A stretch of 64,000 bases of DNA from Stylophora pistillata (Eukaryota), in NCBI RefSeq assembly GCF_002571385.2, contig NW_019217870.1, forward strand, positions 679,098 to 743,097. Direction: 5' to 3'. Made by a program: the position numbers and the translations under genes. Shown one piece after another: positions 28,701-41,001 of the stretch (positions are counted from its first letter, which is position 1; each line of letters starts with the position of its first letter). The notes under the pieces are model-generated. The model was not told the origin of the DNA. It was given only the letters and a program-made list of their open reading frames with translations, and searched no databases.

Positions 28701-31374
28701 TAATATGTTTCAGTAGTTTTGAGTCGAAATCATGTCAGCCAAGACACATATGCGGCACGAATCTGTTTAAGCAATTTCGATACTTCTTCTAGTTATACTT
28801 TTCATAATAAATCTGCAGCCAAATCGTTAAAATTCCACTGAAGTTACAAAGGCATATTAAAGATCCCTTGACGAACTTTTCATCGAAATCATTTCAGCTT
28901 CGGTGGTTCTTAGCTTTGAAAATCAACATTTTCAACATTTTTTGGTCTGCAAAGAACGTAACTGATACAGTAAATCTAATGACACATTCAAGAAACTTCG
29001 ATGGGCTTTCATTCGGATCGAAATCATTTAACTAGATTCCATTTCTGCGCTCTTAATCGTTTTCATCACTTAGGTACGCTTGTTACAAAAGACCAACTTT
29101 TCGTCTAAGCGTGAACGTCTTTGGGATGCTTTGATGCACTTTCATTCGAATCGAAAATATCCAATTCAATCTAAAATCCATTATTACGGTCTTATCTGTT
29201 TAACAGAAAAAAGTTTTAGTCTGATTTGTTATGAATGGAACAAGTATTCGAATCTTATCAAAGAGAAAAAGTGGATTTTACGATACCTTCATGAGCTTTC
29301 ATTCTTATTGAATTTATTTGAAGAACATTCCATTTCTGCAGAGCAAAAGCTGCGTTCTCTAAAATGTTTAATATGTTCATGTATGCATGAAATTTATCCA
29401 CTTTCGATGTAAGCATTCGAACTCATTGGAGGTTCCTTCAGCGCAGTGAAATCGGCTAGATTAAATTTCTGTGATTCTCTTTTCTTTTTTTTTTTTAAGC
29501 ATTTTTTTTTCACTCTTCGACAACAGAAAACGCCCATTTCTAGATCTACATGGCGCCGTTTTGTATGTGATCCAATCCCAGCTAACAAACTGAGATGCGT
29601 TGGTGACGGCAGTTCAAGTGAAGTTTATTGTTCGTCATTTGAAACAGTTGCTCAGAATATTTGTTCTACGTAAGGGGTTTTGCATTCCTACATGTGCACA
29701 GGATGACCACAAAGAAGACATCTAAACACCAAGATACAATTCAAATATTTAAACAAGTTGTTAATGGCGTTGTTACAAGAAAAACCTAAATCCATTTCTG
29801 CCAACTGAGGACGATTTTGAATGAAAAGGATGGCCGTGCTAACCAGCCAGCAAGAGGAAAGCATTTGAGCTATTTGTCCGTAATCAACTGAGTCTGATCT
29901 GATTTGCGTGAAATTGCGTGCCTCTCTCGCCCGGCAAAGAAAAGTATGTTTGCATAAGTTATGATGTTTGGTTGTTACGTCAAGAGTCAACATCTCTGCA
30001 TTGGTTTGAATTTCGAAAAGGTATTCTAGATGAAAAGCTGTAAATGTATTTACTCTGTACTTTAAAGGTTAAGACTGACTACCTAGGCTGTATGATGAAG
30101 CCCTAATACGTGGTTTATTTTACTCGAAATTGAAGAAAGAAAGGAAGGAAAAAGTGAGAGTCGAGCACCGTGTGCGTGTGATACCAAAAAACCTTCAACT
30201 GTTGGTCACTTGGATGATTTTGTGACAATGATTTTAAATCAAGATTGTATGGCGGACGCAGTTAATCATTTTCTTATATGTAGGTTGACCGAGTTGACCA
30301 AAACTGACTTCTTTTTCTACACGTAGGTTGAAAAAACAAAACTGAGTTAATCGTGCTGTAATATCATTTAAAGGTGAAAGTTTGGATATGAATGGTTAGC
30401 TTTAAAAATCGATCGTGCACAATTTTCGCGCAAGAAGCCTTTTCACATGATAAGCCTGGTTTTCTGTTTTCAGTGTTAGAACATGTTTAAGAGGTAAGAA
30501 GACATCGGTTTGTGTCGGGTAAAAGAAAATTTCGCAAGTGATTAAGAAGAAATTTGATTAGTGCTCGATAAGTCTTTCATAACAGGTTTACTAGCCTTAA
30601 ACACAATGAAAACAGTTAACTTGGTTGAAAACAGAATGGATAATCTATCGGCCACTGGAATCGCTGCCAAGAACACCAAAATGTTAAAGAGATTTGGTAT
30701 TGTTCAGTAACGGGCTTTGACCAAAAGAAAACAAAAACTCACTCACTTATTTGCTTGCGTCGCATGAGGAATCAAATAAATAATTCGAGAACAAAGGAGG
30801 TGACATTGTATGGTGACCGAGCGTTAAACGGCTCTGGGGTGGCGCGCTTAAATTACCTGCAAGTGCTTGGATAAAAAACAACATTGTCTTTTAACGTCCG
30901 GCTCAAAAGCTTGATTATTTTTCCATGATCATATCTGATGTGCAAGCCTAAACAGATGACTAAACTTTAGCCACACTATGCTAATTCAAAATTCTTACCA
31001 CTAAACTCCTTTGCACTGTTTTTTTGGCATGGGCAACCTTTTTCTTCTCTTCTGGTCAGGGCGACTGTCAAGAAAAGATTGACGACGGAAAGGATAAGGG
31101 CCGCAGCAATCAAAATTCGCATCATGTTTGTCTCGCTCAAAAAGCTTCGTCGCTTTCGGGGAAGTATTGATGCAGTACTTTCATGATGCTCTTTTGAGGT
31201 TTCAGCATCTGACCATGGGGTTTTTGTCTCGTCCACTCCAAATGTCATTTGTGTATCCTCTTTTGTCTCAGTCAAGGTAGGGTAGATTTGATTCGCATGG
31301 CTTAATTTGGTATGGAACTTTTCTCCAATAGATGACCTCTTCGTTGTCTGCTCCTTCAAACTTGAAAAAGACAT
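25707..31374 (-). CDS. Type II transmembrane short-chain collagen / scavenger-receptor-A-like protein, paralog A (about 381 aa, no coiled-coil stalk)
   Basis: Exons 31374-30999 (tail, [26 protein letters not shown]), 27152-27103, 26712-26182 (about 40 Gly-X-Y triplets with two interruptions, then GNMSLCQY) and 25895-25707 ([33 protein letters not shown]). All GT-AG and phase compatible. Confidence 0.85.
28045..28200. mobile_element. Degenerate copy of the palindromic hammerhead-bearing family
   Basis: GTAATTTGG..AAGCTGACTTCTCGAGCGTTAACCCTTCGTCAGAGCG..AATTACCTTGTTAC..TTTAGAAAC. Confidence 0.65.
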
Positions 31375-32812
31375 GTTCTGGTTGCGCGGTTAGGATCCAA
31401 TTCTTTGTACCTTTGCAAAAACGAGATTCAGTTGCTCTCTGTGGGGTTTCCTAGCGCAGTTTTCAGTTCGAAAGCGACTTCGTGTGAAATGTAAGAATTT
31501 CCTTAGACCTAGACGTCACTCAACAAGTTGCGAACGAATTACATTCACTGTAATGAAAACAGACGACTGGCTGTCGTCTGTCTTTTCCTGTTGGCAAAGT
31601 GTCTCCTTCGGAATGATCTTGTCGCCTCTCACCAAGCAATGTCTGCTTTGGCGTTCTTTCGAGCTTTCCTTGCCTTAAGTAAGAAATAGATGTGGTTGGT
31701 AAACAAAAGCCAGCTTCAATCTTGTTATTTCTATTGTTTTTGACCTCAACCCCGTGGCCTTAATTAGTTTAACTTGTTTGACTACGTGATTACCATGTCG
31801 ATGTCAATTTACTTAAGTACTCACGAATGTTATCGGATGTATGAACATTTAACCTGGGTCACGAACAAAAACACACGTACCAAAAAACCTCAGTGCAGAT
31901 AACAAGACGCAAGAATGCTGAACTGACTGCAAAAATGACCAAATAAATAAGAAGTAAATGAATTTTCTAATAAGAGTAGTCCTCTCGCAATTCGTTATTC
32001 ATTATCAGAGCAGTTTCAGTTACAGCGTCTCTCCGTAGGAATGCAGTCAGTTGCTTGGCCGAATGGAGTCAAAGCTAATGAAAGGAAGAACACGTTCACT
32101 TTTTTTTTTTTGGTAGTTAAGAAAATAAAACAAGTGTCACAAGAAATTTTTTGTTTTGTATTATACAGAACGACTCAACCTCATTATTCAATATTCCTGG
32201 CTTTTCTTGGTTAAGATCGTATAGCTCTCTTCCAACATGTCCAATGCTTTTGAACCTGTTTTTGCTTAGTGGCGAGTTTGCACGGTTCGGAGTGTTAAGT
32301 TGCGTACATAGTTGCCACTCGAGACAAAGGACAGAGGAACTCTTTAGGAAAATATCGAGGGACTCACTAAAAGGTCACAGAGACAGCAGGATAGCCTCCC
32401 AGAAACCAAAAAGAACCACAATAAAGGCTATTAGTAAATTCGTATGATCAAATTTAATTGTGCAAACCATGCTTTGTCTTCCCTCGCTGCGCACGATGAT
32501 GAAGGCTGTTCACGGAAAGAAGCGTAGCATGGGAGTTCTTATCTACATAAGATTTAGATCTAGAGTAACGCGTTCAAGATTTCATCAAGCATCTTGTTAC
32601 ATGCGTTCGCTGTGCTTTTTTCCAGCTCCTGGGAAGTTTTTCAAAGCACTCAAAAAACTTGAGGTGTTCGCGATTACGCATCCAGCAATTCTTACGCTCT
32701 TCTCGGGGTTCTCCGAACTTACCGCTTGCTACATATCTCAAAGAACGTGCACAGACCCATGAACCAATTATTAGCTTGCGATAATGAACGGTTTGCATCC
32801 CAGAGTACTTAC

Positions 32813-32900
32813 CTTGTGCGAAAGAACGACACTGAAACCCCAAATTTTCGTAAAATGCTCCACCTTCGTTAGACACAAGATCCGCCCAAGCTGGTTCAAT
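32813..32900 (-). other. Probable 5'UTR exon of paralog A (5' boundary unknown)
   Basis: Strong donor CAAG|GTAAGT at 32813. An acceptor TTTTGCAAAG| lies 36 nt before the paralog A ATG, with an in-frame TAA in between. Confidence 0.35.
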
Positions 32901-34611
32901 AATCTTGGGCTGTATACTTTAGCTTAAATCTTACGGTATTCTTCACTACTCAGCATCATACGTTCTGTTCTGCGATCTATCAGCTTTAAGGTTACAAAAA
33001 TGCTGCATGTATAAGCTTAAGGAATTCCACACCCAACCAACTTGTTTCCGGTGGGAAACAAGTCTTGCTCGCATTCCAGAACAATTCACAGGCAACTTTT
33101 CCCTATTAAACGTTGGGTTTATTTGACAATCATGTTTCTTATCCATTCGCTGGTAATCGGAGGATTTGGGTTTTGTCATGATGATAAAATTAACCTGACC
33201 CTTCCCTTATGACTCCCCTTCACCCTTCTCAATGGCAGTTACTCGGTAGTTAATTTTTTACGATGCACCCCCTTTATACTCTTTTTGCGACGACTGATCT
33301 CCACTCCGTCTCCCCTGAACAACAACATTCCAAACTCTTCACCTTGAGTGAGAAGATTTCGCAAGTGTACATCGTGGTTAACCCCGAAGGAAAAGGAAAG
33401 TTTGCTGTTTATCGACGTTAGCCGGTGTCAAGAGCCACATTAGCTATTATGTGTGTCAGTTATACGTAACAGTGACGCGAAAGCGGAAATTGCTTGTGAT
33501 GAAGTGAGTTTGACTTCACCCAGTTCGGTACAAACTCAAGTGGAAGGCTGCAGTTACTTCACTCTTGAATGCCGGCCCAGCTGGCCTTTGAAGCCTTTGC
33601 TTTTTTCTTTCGCGGTGTTTGAAGAGTATTCATTTGTTTGTTTTGTTTTTTTTTTATTTCAACACGCCACGCTACTCATTTCAAACTCAATAACTCAACT
33701 GAGGGTCAGCTGAGGAACAAAAAAGGCAACTGCAGCTTAATCGTTAGAAATAAGAGTTTCTAAAGCTTAAGGCCTGCTTTACTACTTACTACTCAAGATT
33801 GTCATTTAATATTATCAACTCAGTTGATAACACCAAATTATCTTGTGATACCCCTCACGAAGCACCTCAGTTTCTTTAGAAACGTTCTTCCTTCATTCAC
33901 TTAGAATTGAGGAAATGTCAGCTCAGCTTAGCAAGTATATAAGCATGCAGGATATTTTGGCCACAAAGGTATTTTCGGTTTCGATCATAATAATCAGGGC
34001 AGTTCTGATAGATGGCCAGTTTAGCATAAAAAAAAGCTAGAGTTTGCCAAGCTAATTCTGGTTTTATCGTGATAAGAACTTCAACTCGTCACTTGTTGCT
34101 TCGTGAAATATGGGCCAAAGGAATTCGAAGTTCGCGAGTGTTTATCTGTCCGCGGTCCAGATTTTGCTCTTCTCTTTTCGTCCTTTTCTCTCGTCTTTAC
34201 GCCACGAACTGCCCCTGATGAAGTTAGTGTACAAAGCAAGTTTAGTTATCTTTATTTGCCATCGCGAATATTAATTACAACAATTTTACAACAATTGATG
34301 AAAAAAAAAAAATGGAATTTCTGGCGTTTGAGTGCTAACGAATAAGCCGGAAATTAAATATTTCTGCGGCACGAGAGCAACAGGGCAAGGGCTTGGGCCC
34401 TTGAGTATAGATGCATTATGGGTATAGTGATATGAGTATTGCTTGTGATAGCACGTGGGCAATCATTCTAGGCCGGCACCATCTCAGTTATTGCTAAGTT
34501 TATTTATTTATNAGTGTCTGTTGTGTAGTGTAACTGAAATGAAACCCAATCAAAACCATCAACGTATAAGATAAGAAAAATTATCATGGCCATACGATAA
34601 ACCATAGTAGA

Positions 34612-34816
34612 ATAAGGTAATTTGGTAATATCAACTAAGTTAAAATTGTAAGTTGGCCACCTTAAAGAATTTAAAAGCTGACGTTTCGAGCGTTAGCCCT
34701 TCGTCCTTCGCTCTGACGAGGGCTAACGCTCGAAACATCAGCTTTTTAACTCTTTACGGTGGCCAATTTACAATTTCAACTCAGTTGATATTACCAAATT
34801 ACAATACCTTGTTACC

Positions 34817-34850
<34 letters not shown>
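34612..34850. mobile_element. Palindromic Penelope-like repeat carrying minimal hammerhead-ribozyme-like cores
   Basis: Long inverted repeat centred near 34705. The plus arm reads GCT-CTGACGA-GGGCTAACGCTC-GAAAC-ATC-AGC (34710-34742). Confidence 0.7.
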
Positions 34851-35635
34851 CCCTTTATTCATAGTAAGCAAGTTTTTTTTTGTTTTGTTTTTTTTTCTGA
34901 AGGCGCGAGAGATGAAGGAGTAGCAGAGTTGAAAAACTTTGGACCTTGATAGAAAACGAAAATTTGACGAATATTTCTTCTGTATCAGTAACTATAGACG
35001 AATGATTTTGCGTGCCTTATGTCGTGAGACGTCAGATTACAGTTGACATGTGAGAGCTGCTGTCATGAAACATCACGGCAAAGTCACATTACGCAAGCAG
35101 GAAAGTTCTACTTTAAAAAACGGTACCTTGTGAATATTTCGCGCATTTTCACACTTATTTAATTTGGTGCTATAGTTTCAACTTTTGGAAAATATCATCA
35201 AGATTTGCAATAAACAATTGTTACGGATTTCGAAGGAGATATATTGTTCCCCTTTAGTTTGAGAGCGAGAAACCACTCAAATACCACTGATCGATAAGCG
35301 ATTCAAATTTGGGATTCAGTCGTCACATTAAAGTCATAAGTTCTGGAATAGCTCTTTTACAAGGGAAATTTTTTCTAATTCAGGAGCTTGCGTTATCTTT
35401 GCTTGATGGATCTTTTGTTACGCCCTTAGCATTAGAACAGTACGTTCTAATACGCAATCAGGGCGAGACAAACTCTTATATCGAAGGAACCAATCCAATA
35501 CCACCCACTGATTCCGTCACAAATTTGCATAGCAATTGTTCATTGAGCCTTAAAAAATATTCGGCGAAAAAATTTTAGATTTGGCAACCGTTTAGCTTGT
35601 GTCTGTCTTCAGAAGACTTTTCTGAATTTCAAAAC

Positions 35636-36050
35636 ATGGCTCAAAACCATAATAATCGAGTATTCAGTCCGTACGCCGTGGACAATGTTGAAGATGGCTC
35701 TGGGGGTCGCGAGCTGGGCACGTTTAAAAGCAGCTATCAAAATCCTGCGTACGAGAATTGCGGAGATCTATCCCACGAATATGAAGACCCAACTCGACTT
35801 TTAGCCGTGAAAACGGGGCCTCGAAGGAAGCGCAATGAATTGTACGAACCAACAGAACTGAAAAAAACCGAAGAACAAGAAGAGGAGAAAGTGGATTACA
35901 ACGAAGCTGACTACGGTGGAGATTCTTGGTTGAGTCGGGTGATCTTATTTCTTATTTTGATGGTTTCGCTCGCATCGCTGCTCATGGTTATTTTAATCAT
36001 TCTTGGCAAAGTTGGGCCAAGCTGCTCTTGTGACAAGAATTCTGCTCAAG
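35636..36050 (+). CDS. Alternative first coding exon (tail + TM + CxC), distal, of paralog C
   Basis: ATG in AAACATGG context. Encodes YQNPAYEN, HEYEDP, NELYEP, TM RVILFLILMVSLASLLMVILIILGKVGP and CSC, ending at a phase-1 donor AAG|GTAAG. Clearly paralogous to 41002-41485. I found no ectodomain exons before the next first exon. Confidence 0.78.
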
Positions 36051-39000
36051 GTAAGCAGCTGGTTTTAGGTGTTTTGTTGTTAAAACAACTTTCATCATTT
36101 GTTGCAGTTGTTGTCTTTCGCAAAGTCGGTGTTTTGCAACTTGTTGAATAGATAGAGCTGGGAATGTTATTCTCGTGTAAGCAGCTGTAGGTTGTGGATG
36201 TTTACGTAATGAAGAATTTATAAGATTGTTTTTCGTTCACACTTAAACTTGCTACTCAGTCTAAAAGGTGGATATTTCATTGGAAACACCTTACAAAAAG
36301 TGCTTATACAAGCTTCTGTTCTTTCAGAAGCCATGTCATCGGGCGGCTTTCCGTTGAATAACTTCACTTCTGATTTCTTTGCTCATTTGTTCGAGAGCGA
36401 AATCATTTCTAACGAGAAAATGAAACAAGTTAGAGCGCGAAACGATGACATAAAAACCTCTCAATTTTCCATGGATAAAAAAAAAATTTGGCATTTTTTA
36501 GCTGTAGAAGACCTGCACAGACTCATTTTCTATCGGCATTTTGTTCGGAGTCTGCACAAATAAATCTTTCGATGCTTTGTGCGTCAATTAAAATGTTCTA
36601 ATCCCATGACAATCCGCGGGGTACATCGTTTCTTTATCATTGAACAATTTAAATAATCCAAAGCAAATGTGCACAGATATGAATCAGTCTTAACTTGATC
36701 TTAAAGTTTATAAAAAAATTTGTTTACATCACGTCGCTGTAACTATGTTAAGAATTTGAGCAACTGTATTGTTCAACTCTAGGGTGAATAATCCCATATA
36801 TTTTTTTACCAGATGTAATATTTTAGATAAGAAAAGGTAAAAAGCAAGGAAACAAAAGAAGAAAATTTCATTTCAAATCTTTCTCCGCAAAGATCGTGAT
36901 TAAAAATGTCGTAGTTGAAAAAATGATTTTTTTTCTGGTTTCAATATTGGCGCTGTGTTCCTTAAAGTTTTAAGTTTTTCAAACTGGGCTGAAAATTATC
37001 CGCAAAGGGAGACAGAAGTGTTTACTTTTTTCAGCTTCAATTTTTGAAAAAATAAAAAGAAAAAAAAAGAAAAAAAAAAACCTTCAAAATCTTATCGAGG
37101 AAATCAGTGAAATCGAGATGTAATTTAAAGATCAAGTTTACAAACAATTTAAGAATATGATATTGTAAGTTATGCTTTCAAATCTACTTCACCAAGTTAT
37201 TGACCCATGTTGATAATTCAGACGAGTGAACTTCGCTAACTATGTCGATAACGATAGTTTTGTTACGGCAAACTCTATGCGTAATAAACTTTTTGCAGAA
37301 AAACATTTTACGCCTTGGTTTTTCATCTCTCGTGGTTTACGCAAACCGCCCTTCCTATTTTCATGAATGAATAAATACATGATTTGCCCGTGACTGATAA
37401 GGACTAACTCACGCGACTTCATGTTTTACGGTTGTCAAACGAAAACGTGTCTGTTCTCACGATCATTACAACGACTCCATTTCCCTAATCCACCACCAAC
37501 ATCGCGTGATTTTGGTAAAATTCAGATAAAAGTTTTTGGGAACACTTTTCCACCAAAATGATTTAAAATTGTACCAACTGAAAAGTGACTGATCAGGATG
37601 TAAAATTGCTACAAACTCGAAGAGCTTCTCAGAGAACTGAGACAGTCTAAAGTTAATAGCATAGTTTTTTTGGTCTTGCTGGAGTTTTCTAGCCAAAAAA
37701 ATAAACAAACAAAGGAGAAAATCAAACTTAGCTTGGTAGTGCTCTTGAGCTGACTAGTTCCATATTCAATATATATAATAAGCTTTTGCTTCATTTGCTG
37801 CAACTAGGAAAGCAAAATACCGCTGGCTTGACATGTCTACATCATTTTGTTAATCTAAAGTTTCTTTTATCCTCCTCCAGTTCATGTCTATATTAACCCT
37901 CAAACTCCCAGTGATTTCAAAAAGGAATATCGTAACTTTTGTTTACAATTTTTTAAAGCTGATTCAGTAGCCAACAAAAAGCGTCATGCACATTCTTATC
38001 AATCTGCTGGAAGAAGGTGTCCAATGTGTGAAGCCTCAAAATCCTTCATCAACTGGTTCATAAAATAAATTTAAAGGATATCAGAAGGGAGACTGATTGC
38101 GAGCCAAGTAAGCCAAACAAGCCTTAAATTAGTAGACTTAAGACTAACGTGCAGATGGTTATTCCTTGTTCTTTCATCAACTTCCGAGCCAAACGAGCCA
38201 CTAGAAGAAGCCCTGTATCCTTGTCACTTATATTGAATCTGCTTAGAGGTGCAAGTGGTGTTAAGAATAATCGTTAAGTCTAAACTTAATATTCGATCTG
38301 TAAATGTTCTTATTCTTTGCAGTGATTTTCACTCTCTCATCTTGTATTACGTTTTATTGTGGACTTAAAGGACTTCTGTCAAAAGGCTTGCGCTCTGTCA
38401 GAGCTCCCAAAGTGCAAAATTTGCCTTATAGCCGACGGTTGATCTCAAAAGTAATTAAAATAGCTTAGAATTGTCTTTTTTGAGCTGCCAAATTCTGTGT
38501 ACGATCGGTTTATTGTCGTTTCGCTGACGTGTCTGTTCGATGACTTCCACTATGCCGAAAACTCGGGCGATGTAGGATCTGCCGATGATACCCGAAACGA
38601 ATGCAAAATAGGGAAGAGCGATTTTAACGTTACATTTTCCAATCATTGTTGTAATACCTTCCAATACTCTGAGTCGTTAGATGGGATTGTCTAGTCTTGT
38701 CTCGAAGTCTCTGATTTTACAATTCGCTAACCCCCTCTATACATGCAAATGACTCTTCATAACAACTTCCCGTTTGGTGAGGCATTTTTAGTTCAAGCAA
38801 CTGAATACTTTGCTTCGGCTCAGATGTCACACTTTTGAGATGCGGCTCCTTTCATTTCGTGTCTTGATTGTGTTGTGTTCATCGTTTCAATGACGCTTTG
38901 GCAAGGTCACTGTTCACAAGCCCGCCAATTACGTGTAGTTATCAACGAAGACTTAGGACAGTTGCTTCGAGCAGGTTTTCGCGTCAGAAAATTTCAACCG

Positions 39001-40275
39001 GCCGACGCTTGGGCTATGCGTCATAGTTCTCGAATCAGTTTTTTTTTCCTTCCAAATTAACCAACTTCCGCCTCGAAGCCTAAAGCCCTGAGGTTTGGAT
39101 TTGGGAATCACCGAGACATAAAGCCAATTATAACTGTAAACCAACTTTAATTACTACTTTGCTTATGAAAGTGAAACTGGCTTGGCAGATAAAGCCTAAT
39201 GCCCACGGGTTTGTCTAGGAATGCGTTCAGCCTTCACTTCACAGAGTGAACACGTGCTCTTAGCATTTTCTATAAATACATGGCTTTTGTTCATGTATGA
39301 CTCTGAAACAAGTCAGTGGGACAAGGCGTTTGCTATACTCCTTTGACAAAACTACTTACATGCGGACTCTTTTACCTGATAAAACATCCGCTTGGAAACT
39401 GAACTGATCAATCAGACGATGGGTTCAAAATGGGAACTTGAATACTTTTCCGGCGGGGTTTCCGCGCTTGGAGATTTCACGCCGTTATTTTGTGGAGGAT
39501 GGCAATGAAATGTACAAAGTTTTAAAACGTACTTGCTGAGCTATTGTTCTGTCCGTTAGCTCTTTTGTTTTGCCTCGACCTCGTTGCCGTCTTCGTCGTG
39601 GTTTGCTTCAGGCCCCTTATTGTTAAGAAAATAATCGATACTATAATTAATCCTCAATTTCCTCCGAGGACTTTAGTTACCTACATGAAAAAGAGGGATA
39701 GGTAACTTGTAATGAGCCATATTTGTTTTTTTTTTTTTTTACAAAGTGACCTCAAGGTGGGCCCGACCTCGGAAATCATACGCGTGCCTAGCATATATTC
39801 TTAGAATTGTTTATGGCTTTAAAGGCTCCAGAGTGATGTAACTTACAAAATTACCCCACATTCCTAAAACAGGAAATTGAAGTTTTAACGGAATCACTAA
39901 ATTGACAGCAGCAGTCTTAATGTCGTTTATCACTTTTTTTTCCCGGCTTCCTTAAAAGCCAGGCCTTCAGAGTTAATATTGGCTGAGAAGAAAGTCATAG
40001 GAGGTTAGCCACTTTATAATGGAATCAAATTTGAGAAAGCCGACTTGCATTTACAATCCTTCTTTATTTCGTTTTATATTTGTTTATCATCATTTTTTAC
40101 CATTCATTTACGCCTGATTGTAATTTAGTTCTTGTGTTTTTGACTGAAATATTTCATTTTCTATTGTATAGTTTGATTAATTCATCTTTTTGTTTTCCAG
40201 CCTTGTTTCGGTCATTTTCGGTGATAAAATTTTATATTCTCTCTCTTGTTTCGTTCGCTGACAAATGTAATAACA

Positions 40276-40647
40276 CATATGATGCACGATCCTCGCAGTA
40301 GATAGCGCTATTTATGCAATAGCGAAAATAAGACCTAAAAAAAAATCAGGCCTGTACGGGATTCGAACCACTGACCTCTGCGATACTAGTGCAGCGCTCT
40401 ACCAATTGAGCTAACAAGCCAACTGGGAGCAGGCCGTTAAGTTGATCTTAACGGCCTGCTCCTAGTTGGCTTGTTAGCTCAATTGGTAGAGCGCTGCACT
40501 AGTATTGCAAAGGTCAGTGGTTCGAATCCCGTACAGGTCCGATTTTCGCTATTGCTTAAATAGCGCTATCTACTGCGAGGATCGTGCATCATATGTATCT
40601 AATACCGCAGTACAAAATATATGAACTTCATACACTTCATTGTATCT
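40276..40647. mobile_element. Palindromic tRNA-derived SINE-like element (two head-to-head tRNA-like units) with 14 bp TSD
   Basis: Inverted repeat about 40275-40596. tRNA-like units at 40349-40420 (-) and 40468-40539 (+) have A box TAGCTCAATTGG, B box GTTCGAATCC and AGT at the anticodon position. CAAATGTAATAACA flanks both sides (40262-40275, 40648-40661). Confidence 0.85.
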
Positions 40648-41001
40648 CAAATGTAATAACAGTTGTTCAAGTTGTGAAATTGTTACTTAATGTCTCTGTT
40701 TGAGATTACTAGTAAAGGTAATTTTTACGAGACAGGTCATTGACGTAATGAATAATTAATCGGCTTGCGTGGAGAATGCGTGGAACTTGTTCAATGGAAT
40801 CAATAAACCAATCAGCGTGCTTCTTTTTGGCGCCTTGCGTGAGAGAGACTGAAACATTTCCCATTCATTAGTGTCCCACTCGTGTGTAGGTGTTGGTGGA
40901 TGTGTTGTTTATAGTATTCCGTAAGGTTTAAGATTCGGATCTGTGCACGTGGCTTTATTAGTTTTGTTAGTGTTTTGGCTCCTGAAACTGTGCGGATTGC
41001 G

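Noticed and set aside
29787-29864. Possible second first exon for paralog A ([16 protein letters not shown]..)
   Set aside because: Short hydrophobic run, poor donor (G|GTTTTT), and no similarity to the family's TM exons.
40349-40539. Two genuine tRNA-Thr(AGT) genes
   Set aside because: Mismatched stems, and they sit inside a TSD-flanked palindrome with shared non-tRNA arms, so they are repeat-derived.
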